DNA of 64,000 nucleotides from Escherichia coli (GTDB lineage Bacteria; Pseudomonadota; Gammaproteobacteria; Enterobacterales; Enterobacteriaceae): NCBI RefSeq assembly GCF_044324875.1, contig NZ_CP172185.1; one strand, 5' to 3'. Shown piece by piece: positions 57,497 to 64,000 of this stretch (position 1 is its first letter; each line of letters starts with the position of its first letter). The notes under the pieces were generated by a model. It saw only the letters and a program-made list of their open reading frames with translations, ran no database searches and was not told where the DNA came from. The position numbers and the translations under genes were made by a program.

Positions 57497-57892
57497 ATGG
57501 TAGAAAGAACCGCTGTTTTCCCTGCTGGCCGACATTCACTGTATGCTGAGCATCGTTATTCTGCGGCTATTCGTTCCGGCGATTTGCTGTTTGTTTCCGG
57601 GCAAGTAGGAAGTCGAGAGGACGGAACACCAGAACCCGATTTTCAGCAACAAGTCAGACTGGCATTTGATAATTTGCATGCGACCCTGGCTGCTGCGGGA
57701 TGCACTTTTGACGATATCATTGATGTTACGAGCTTTCATACCGATCCAGAAAAACAATTTGAAGACATCATGACGGTCAAAAATGAAATATTTAGCGCCC
57801 CACCTTATCCAAACTGGACGGCGGTGGGTGTTACCTGGCTGGCAGGCTTTGATTTTGAAATTAAAGTGATAGCGCGCATCCCTGCGCAGTAA
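57497..57892 (+). CDS. yjgH: RidA/YjgF-family protein YjgH
   Basis: 131 aa; YjgF/chorismate-mutase-like fold family by sequence pattern and position. Confidence 0.8.
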   Translation: MVERTAVFPAGRHSLYAEHRYSAAIRSGDLLFVSGQVGSREDGTPEPDFQQQVRLAFDNLHATLAAAGCTFDDIIDVTSFHTDPEKQFEDIMTVKNEIFSAPPYPNWTAVGVTWLAGFDFEIKVIARIPAQ

Positions 57893-58172
57893 GCAATAGT
57901 GTTAGCCGTTCGTTTTCACACTCCGCCCTATAAGTCGGATGAATGGAATAAAATGCATATCTGATTGCGTGAAAGTGAAAAAGAAAAAAGCAGGAAATGT
58001 CTGCAATTATTGATACCGAACGACAGTTCTCCCCCAGAATCACATCAAATAAAAATGCATGTATTTTGACTTTTAATTCAAATAAACCGTTTGCGCTGAC
58101 AAAATATTGCATCAAATGCTTGCACCGCTTCTGACGATGAGTATAATGCCGGACAATTTGCCGGGAGGATGT

Positions 58173-58307
58173 ATGGTTCAGTGTGTTCGACATTTTGTCT
58201 TACCGCGTCTGAAAAAAGACGCTGGCCTGCCGTTTTTCTTCCCGTTGATCACCCATTCCCAGCCCCTCAATCGAGGGGCTTTTTTTTGCCCAGGCGTCAG
58301 GAGATAA
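58173..58307 (+). CDS. pyrL: pyrBI operon leader peptide PyrL
   Basis: 44-aa ORF MVQCVRHFVLPRLKKDAGLPFFFPLITHSQPLNRGAFFCPGVRR ending 4 bp before pyrB; preceded by TATAAT at 58143-58148. Confidence 0.8.
   Translation: MVQCVRHFVLPRLKKDAGLPFFFPLITHSQPLNRGAFFCPGVRR
58262..58288 (+). terminator. pyrBI attenuator (rho-independent terminator within pyrL)
   Basis: gcccctcaatcgaggggc hairpin followed by TTTTTTTT. Confidence 0.75.
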
Positions 58308-58310
58308 AAG

Positions 58311-59246
58311 ATGGCTAATCCGCTATATCAGAAACATATCATTTCCATAAACGACCTTAGTCGCGATGACCTTAATCTGGTGCTGGCGACAGCGGCGAAA
58401 CTGAAAGCAAACCCGCAACCAGAGCTGTTGAAGCACAAAGTCATTGCCAGCTGTTTCTTCGAAGCCTCTACCCGTACCCGCCTCTCTTTCGAAACTTCCA
58501 TGCACCGCCTGGGTGCCAGCGTGGTGGGCTTCTCCGACAGCGCCAATACATCACTGGGTAAAAAAGGCGAAACGCTGGCCGATACCATTTCGGTTATCAG
58601 CACTTACGTCGATGCGATAGTGATGCGTCATCCGCAGGAAGGTGCGGCGCGCCTGGCCACCGAATTTTCTGGCAATGTACCGGTACTGAATGCCGGTGAT
58701 GGCTCCAACCAACATCCGACGCAAACCTTGCTGGACTTATTCACCATTCAGGAAACCCAGGGGCGTCTGGACAATCTCCACGTCGCAATGGTTGGTGACC
58801 TGAAATATGGCCGCACCGTTCACTCCCTGACTCAGGCGTTAGCGAAGTTCGACGGCAACCGTTTTTACTTCATCGCGCCGGACGCGCTGGCAATGCCGCA
58901 ATACATTCTGGATATGCTTGATGAAAAAGGGATCGCCTGGAGTCTGCACAGCTCTATTGAAGAAGTGATGGCGGAAGTAGACATCCTGTACATGACCCGC
59001 GTGCAAAAAGAGCGTCTGGACCCGTCCGAGTACGCCAACGTGAAAGCGCAGTTTGTTCTTCGCGCCAGCGATCTCCACAACGCCAAAGCCAATATGAAAG
59101 TGCTGCATCCGCTGCCGCGTGTTGATGAGATTGCCACCGATGTTGATAAAACGCCGCACGCCTGGTACTTCCAGCAGGCAGGCAACGGGATTTTCGCTCG
59201 CCAGGCGTTACTGGCACTGGTTCTGAATCGCGATCTGGTACTGTAA
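58311..59246 (+). CDS. pyrB: Aspartate carbamoyltransferase catalytic subunit
   Basis: 311 aa [36 protein letters not shown]...; STRTR motif. Confidence 0.95.
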
Positions 59247-59258
59247 GGGGAAATAGAG

Positions 59259-59720
59259 ATGACACACGATAATAAATTGCAGGTTGAAGCTATTAAACGC
59301 GGCACGGTAATTGACCATATCCCCGCCCAGATCGGTTTTAAGCTGTTGAGTTTGTTCAAGCTGACCGAAACGGATCAGCGCATCACCATTGGTCTGAACC
59401 TGCCTTCTGGCGAGATGGGCCGCAAAGATCTGATCAAAATCGAAAATACCTTTTTGAGTGAAGATCAAGTAGACCAACTGGCATTGTATGCACCGCAAGC
59501 CACGGTTAACCGTATCGACAACTATGAAGTGGTGGGCAAATCGCGCCCCAGTCTGCCGGAGCGCATCGACAATGTGCTGGTCTGCCCGAACAGCAACTGT
59601 ATCAGCCATGCCGAACCGGTTTCTTCCAGCTTTGCCGTGCGAAAACGCGCCAATGACATCGCGCTCAAATGCAAATACTGTGAAAAAGAGTTTTCCCATA
59701 ATGTGGTGCTGGCCAATTAA
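59259..59720 (+). CDS. pyrI: Aspartate carbamoyltransferase regulatory subunit
   Basis: 153 aa [24 protein letters not shown]... with C-terminal zinc-binding cysteines (CPNSNC, CKYC). Confidence 0.95.
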
Positions 59721-59792
59721 TTGCGGTTGGTAATAAAAGTCTGGCTCCCTATAATGAGCCAGACTTTTTACCGCTGTAATAAAGGAGAAATC

Positions 59793-60179
59793 ATGAGCAA
59801 AACTATCGCGACGGAAAATGCACCGGCAGCTATCGGTCCTTACGTACAGGGCGTTGATCTGGGCAATATGATCATCACCTCCGGTCAGATCCCGGTAAAT
59901 CCGAAAACGGGCGAAGTACCTGCAGACGTCACTGCACAGGCTCGTCAGTCGCTGGATAACGTAAAAGCGATCGTCGAAGCCGCTGGCCTGAAAGTGGGCG
60001 ACATCGTTAAAACTACCGTGTTTGTAAAAGATCTGAACGACTTCGCAACCGTTAATGCTACCTACGAAGCCTTCTTCACCGAACACAACGCCACCTTCCC
60101 GGCACGTTCTTGCGTTGAAGTTGCCCGTCTGCCGAAAGACGTGAAGATTGAGATCGAAGCGATCGCTGTTCGTCGCTAA
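59793..60179 (+). CDS. ridA: Reactive enamine/imine deaminase RidA (YjgF)
   Basis: Start at MSKTIATENAPAAIGPYVQG with AGGAG ribosome-binding site; 128 aa. Confidence 0.9.
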   Translation: MSKTIATENAPAAIGPYVQGVDLGNMIITSGQIPVNPKTGEVPADVTAQARQSLDNVKAIVEAAGLKVGDIVKTTVFVKDLNDFATVNATYEAFFTEHNATFPARSCVEVARLPKDVKIEIEAIAVRR

Positions 60180-60237
60180 TCTTGATGGAAATCCGGGCTA
60201 TCATGCCCGGATTAAGTCTGATGACAAACGCAAAATC

Positions 60238-60327
60238 GCCTGATGCGCTACGCTTATTAGGCCTACGTGATTCCTGCAATTTATTGAATTTGTAGGCCGG
60301 ATTGGGCGTTTACGCCGCATCCGGCAT
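60238..60327. repeat. Pair of REP elements between ridA and mgtA
   Basis: gcctgatgcgctacgcttattaggcctac and tgtaggccggattgggcgtttacgccgcatccggca. Confidence 0.5.
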
Positions 60328-60384
60328 GAACAAAGCTCACTTTGTCTGCAATATGAATTCGGGCCACCATGCCCAGTTTATTCT

Positions 60385-63081
60385 TTACTGCCAGCCGTAA
60401 CGACGGCTATAGAACCCTTTCACCAACTGGGTTAACGTCATATACCCTGCCAGAATCGCAACCAGCCACGGGAAATAGCTTAACGGCAGCGCCTGCAGCT
60501 GCAGATAACTGGCCAGCGGTGAAAACGGCAATGCGATCCCGACAATCATCACGATCACGGTCATGATCATTAACGGCCACGATGCACAGCTCTGAATAAA
60601 CGGTACACGACGGGTGCGGATCATATGCACAATCAGCGTTTGCGACAGTAAGCCCACCACAAACCAGCCCGACTGGAACAGCGTTTGCGTTTCCGGCGTG
60701 TTGGCATGGAATACCCACCACATCAGGCAAAACGTCAGAATATCGAAGATCGAGCTGATCGGTCCGAAGAAGATCATAAAGCGCCCCAGATCCGCCGGAT
60801 TCCAACGCTGCGGCTTTTGAATTTGCTCGTCGTCGACGTTATCAAACGGGATCGCCACCTGTGACACATCGTACAGCAGGTTCTGAATAAGCAAGTGTAA
60901 CGGCAACATCGGCAGGAAGGGCAAGAAAGCACTCGCCACCAGCACGCTGAACACATTACCGAAGTGAGAACTCGCCGTCATTTTGATGTATTTCAGCATG
61001 TTGGCGAAAGTGCGACGTCCCTCAATAACCCCCTCTTCCAGCACCATCAGGCTTTTTTCCAGCAGGATGATATCAGCCGCTTCACGGGCAATATCTACCG
61101 CGCCGTCCACAGAAATGCCGATATCCGCAGCACGTAAGGCGGGCGCATCATTTATACCATCGCCCATAAAGCCAACCACATGCCCTTCGCGCTTCAGTAA
61201 GGTCACAATGCGTTCTTTATGCATCGGCGTCAGGCGAGCAAACAGCGTGGAGCGCTGTGCGAGATTTGCCAGTTCGTCGTCAGATAGCGTTTCAATATCA
61301 CTACCAATGACCACCTCTCCCGCGTCCAGCCCCACTTCATGGCACACTTTCGCTGCAACTAACTCACTGTCGCCAGTAAGGATTTTTACGGTAATGCCAC
61401 TCGCTTTTAATGCCTTCAGTGCCGGAGCAGTTGTCTCTTTTGGCGGATCAAGGAAAGCAATATATCCTTCGAGGATCAGGTCGGATTCATCCGCTCGCTG
61501 GTAATCGCCTTCACGCGCTGGCAGGTATTTCGTCGCCACCGCAACCACGCGCAGCCCCTGACGATTCAGCGTATCAGTAACCCGCTTAATCTTACGCAGC
61601 ATGATGTCATCGAGTGGTACAATCTCGCCATTGTGACGCACCTGCGAACACACATTGAGGATTTCCTGCAATGCACCTTTGCAAACCAGCTGATGGTGCT
61701 CGGTATTTTCTGCCACTACCACCGACATCCGGCGACGCTCGAAATCAAACGGAATCTCATCAATTTTTTGCCAACGGCTGGCCAGCGAGCGCGCTGACTC
61801 TTCATCCGTACCTTCGAGCACCGCGGTATCAAGCAGGTTTTTAAGTCCGGTCTGGTAATGACTGTTCAACCACGCGCTATGCAGCACGCGTTCGCTGGTT
61901 TTACCGGAGATATCGGTATGATTCTCCAGCACAATTTTGTCCTGCGTCAGGGTGCCGGTTTTATCAGTGCACAGAATATCCATTGCGCCAAAGTTCTGAA
62001 TGGCATCCAGATGCTTGACGATCACTTTCTGTTTCGACAGCTTTACTGCGCCGCGCGCCAGCGTCGAGGTAACAATCATCGGCAACATTTCTGGCGTTAA
62101 GCCTACCGCGACCGAAAGCGCAAACAGTGCCGCTTCCCACCAGTCACCTTTGGTGTAACCGTTGATAAGCAACACCACCGGAGCCATCACCAGCATAAAG
62201 CGAATCAGCAGCATGCTGACGCGGCTGATCCCTTGCTGAAAGGCATTCGGCTCGCTTTCCTGCTCACTAACACGCCCCGCCAGTTGACCAAACCAAGTGT
62301 TGGCTCCTGTAGCAATCACCATTGCTTGTGCCGTGCCGCTCACCACGGTGGTGCCCATAAAACACAGGGTGTCGCACTCCAGCGGATTGCTGTGCTCCGG
62401 CTGGCGAGTGGTTGCAGCTTTTTCTACGGGCAGAGACTCGCCGGTTAACGACGCCTGAGCGACGAACAGATCCCGCGCCTGCAAGATACGTAAATCTGCC
62501 GGGATCATATCTCCCGCCGCCAGTTTTATAATATCGCCGGGCACCAGCTGGTCGATCGGGATCTCCAGCCAGCCATTTTCGCCTTTGTCGTTAATTACGC
62601 GCAGCACCGTCGCGGTATTGCTGACCATCGCTTTCAGGGCATCTGCCGCTTTAGTGGAACGTGCTTCCTGAATAAAGTTCAGCAACGTAGAAATAGCGAC
62701 CATTAGCGCGATAACACCCGCGGCAAATAAATCTTCCGTGGCGTAAGAAATAGCGCCGAGAATGGTGAGTAAAATATTAAAGGGGTTGCGATAGCAGACC
62801 CATAAATGAACCCACCACGGCGACGGTTGTTGTGCGGGTAATTTATTTTCACCATGTTGTTCGCGGGCAGATTCCACTTCCGCCTGATTTAATCCTTCCG
62901 GATGGGTGTCGAACGTTTTCCACAATTCTTCTTCGGGCATCACCGCCATTTTCAGGCAATGCGCACTTAAGGACGGCGGGACCGCCGTATTCACTGTCTG
63001 CTGCGCGCCAGGCAATGGATCGCGATGAACCAGACGGGAAGGTAAATGGCGAATGAACCGGGTAAAAATTTCTTTAAACAT
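60385..63081 (-). CDS. mgtA: Magnesium-transporting P-type ATPase MgtA
   Basis: 898 aa; P-type ATPase motifs DKTGTLT, TGDS, GDGINDAPAL. Confidence 0.9.
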   Translation of the reverse strand: MFKEIFTRFIRHLPSRLVHRDPLPGAQQTVNTAVPPSLSAHCLKMAVMPEEELWKTFDTHPEGLNQAEVESAREQHGENKLPAQQPSPWWVHLWVCYRNPFNILLTILGAISYATEDLFAAGVIALMVAISTLLNFIQEARSTKAADALKAMVSNTATVLRVINDKGENGWLEIPIDQLVPGDIIKLAAGDMIPADLRILQARDLFVAQASLTGESLPVEKAATTRQPEHSNPLECDTLCFMGTTVVSGTAQAMVIATGANTWFGQLAGRVSEQESEPNAFQQGISRVSMLLIRFMLVMAPVVLLINGYTKGDWWEAALFALSVAVGLTPEMLPMIVTSTLARGAVKLSKQKVIVKHLDAIQNFGAMDILCTDKTGTLTQDKIVLENHTDISGKTSERVLHSAWLNSHYQTGLKNLLDTAVLEGTDEESARSLASRWQKIDEIPFDFERRRMSVVVAENTEHHQLVCKGALQEILNVCSQVRHNGEIVPLDDIMLRKIKRVTDTLNRQGLRVVAVATKYLPAREGDYQRADESDLILEGYIAFLDPPKETTAPALKALKASGITVKILTGDSELVAAKVCHEVGLDAGEVVIGSDIETLSDDELANLAQRSTLFARLTPMHKERIVTLLKREGHVVGFMGDGINDAPALRAADIGISVDGAVDIAREAADIILLEKSLMVLEEGVIEGRRTFANMLKYIKMTASSHFGNVFSVLVASAFLPFLPMLPLHLLIQNLLYDVSQVAIPFDNVDDEQIQKPQRWNPADLGRFMIFFGPISSIFDILTFCLMWWVFHANTPETQTLFQSGWFVVGLLSQTLIVHMIRTRRVPFIQSCASWPLMIMTVIVMIVGIALPFSPLASYLQLQALPLSYFPWLVAILAGYMTLTQLVKGFYSRRYGWQ

Positions 63082-63221
63082 AAGGAGTCCCTCCGCACTG
63101 TCTGAAACAGTACAGAAATGTCTTCAGGCGTGGCGAAGCCTTACCTGAAGGTAATAAAGCTGAGCAGGGACGTTAAAACGTCACGGCCTTACGCATCCGG
63201 TAACGCCGTGAAAAGACGGGC

Positions 63222-63275
63222 TTACCGGAAAAGTTTTAATCTCCGTCGAGGGAGAGGCGTGGGATCAGGTTCCAT
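63222..63275 (-). CDS. mgtL: mgtA leader peptide MgtL (proline-rich, 17 aa)
   Basis: ATG GAA CCT GAT CCC ACG CCT CTC CCT CGA CGG AGA TTA AAA CTT TTC CGG TAA on the - strand = [17 protein letters not shown], about 140 nt upstream of mgtA. Confidence 0.75.
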
Positions 63276-63459
63276 ATAACCTCCGGTAAGTGAAAAAAGC
63301 GCCGCAAATAATAAGGAGAATCCAATAATATTCGTAGCATCTATGGCGATATAATACCTGCTGGCAACTAAACCAACGATAAACCAGACTTTACCCATTG
63401 CTGAATGCACGGGTAAAGTTAGGCTCAAATAATTAAACAACACGTTACGGGACAACAGG

Positions 63460-64000
63460 ATGCAAAATCGGCTGACCATCAAAGACATCGCGCGCTTAAG
63501 CGGCGTGGGGAAATCTACGGTTTCCCGGGTGCTGAATAACGAAAGCGGCGTGAGCCAGCGCACGCGCGAGCGTGTTGAAGCAGTGATGAATCAGCATGGA
63601 TTTTCCCCTTCCCGCTCTGCGCGCGCTATGCGTGGGCAAAGCGATAAAGTGGTCGCCATCATTGTTACCCGTCTGGATTCGTTGTCAGAAAATCTCGCCG
63701 TTCAAACCATGCTGCCAGCGTTCTATGAACAAGGTTACGATCCAATCATGATGGAAAGTCAGTTTTCCCCGCAATTAGTTGCCGAACATTTGGGGGTGCT
63801 GAAACGGCGTAATATCGACGGCGTAGTGCTGTTCGGTTTTACCGGCATAACAGAAGAAATGTTAGCCCACTGGCAGTCATCGCTGGTTCTGCTGGCGCGT
63901 GACGCAAAAGGCTTTGCTTCGGTCTGTTATGACGACGAAGGGGCAATCAAGATCCTGATGCAACGGCTGTATGACCAGGGACATCGTAATATCAGTTATC
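63460..64000 (+). CDS. treR: Trehalose operon repressor TreR (LacI family); 3' end cut by window edge
   Basis: MQNRLTIKDIARLSGVGKSTVSRVLNNE... LacI-type HTH; recognised as TreR. Confidence 0.85.
   Translation, partial: MQNRLTIKDIARLSGVGKSTVSRVLNNESGVSQRTRERVEAVMNQHGFSPSRSARAMRGQSDKVVAIIVTRLDSLSENLAVQTMLPAFYEQGYDPIMMESQFSPQLVAEHLGVLKRRNIDGVVLFGFTGITEEMLAHWQSSLVLLARDAKGFASVCYDDEGAIKILMQRLYDQGHRNISY

Noticed and set aside
59208-60086. 292-aa - strand ORF
   Set aside because: Antisense to pyrI and ridA, both confidently identified.

Overview
This window is an Escherichia coli chromosomal segment, identified from the encoded proteins by recall rather than by any database search. The conserved backbone runs uxuR(partial)-uxuB-uxuA / gntP / fimHGFDCIA-fimS-fimE-fimB / nanC-nanM-nanS, then resumes after the leuX tRNA with ahr-yjgR-lptG-lptF-pepA-holC-valS-yjgN-yjgM-rraB-argI-yjgL-tabA-bdcR-bdcA-yjgH-pyrL-pyrB-pyrI-ridA-mgtA-mgtL-treR(partial). 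Between nanS (about 18.5 kb) and leuX (39.36 kb) lies a roughly 20 kb accessory defence island with no integrase. It carries: (1) an extremely AT-rich two-gene module, an OLD-like ABC ATPase translationally coupled to a methyltransferase fused to a specificity domain; (2) a Type I restriction-modification operon with two tandem hsdM paralogues and a compositional breakpoint inside the second hsdM; (3) a TIR-domain gene with no ATG start; (4) an Mrr-like Type IV restriction gene interrupted by an IS621 element (IS110 family) that carries its 177-nt bridge RNA region; (5) a 1171-aa SF1 helicase with a C-terminal PLD nuclease domain; (6) a small RNase H-like gene whose catalytic residues appear substituted, next to an HNH nuclease gene. 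The most promising candidate for an undescribed system is the OLD-like ATPase plus fused methyltransferase pair. Other regulatory features read directly from the sequence include the fim invertible switch in the phase-OFF orientation, the pyrL attenuator, ARG boxes upstream of argI, a NanR-type GGTATA operator, the mgtL leader peptide and several REP/BIME repeats. All coordinates were derived by hand from the sequence and the ORF track.
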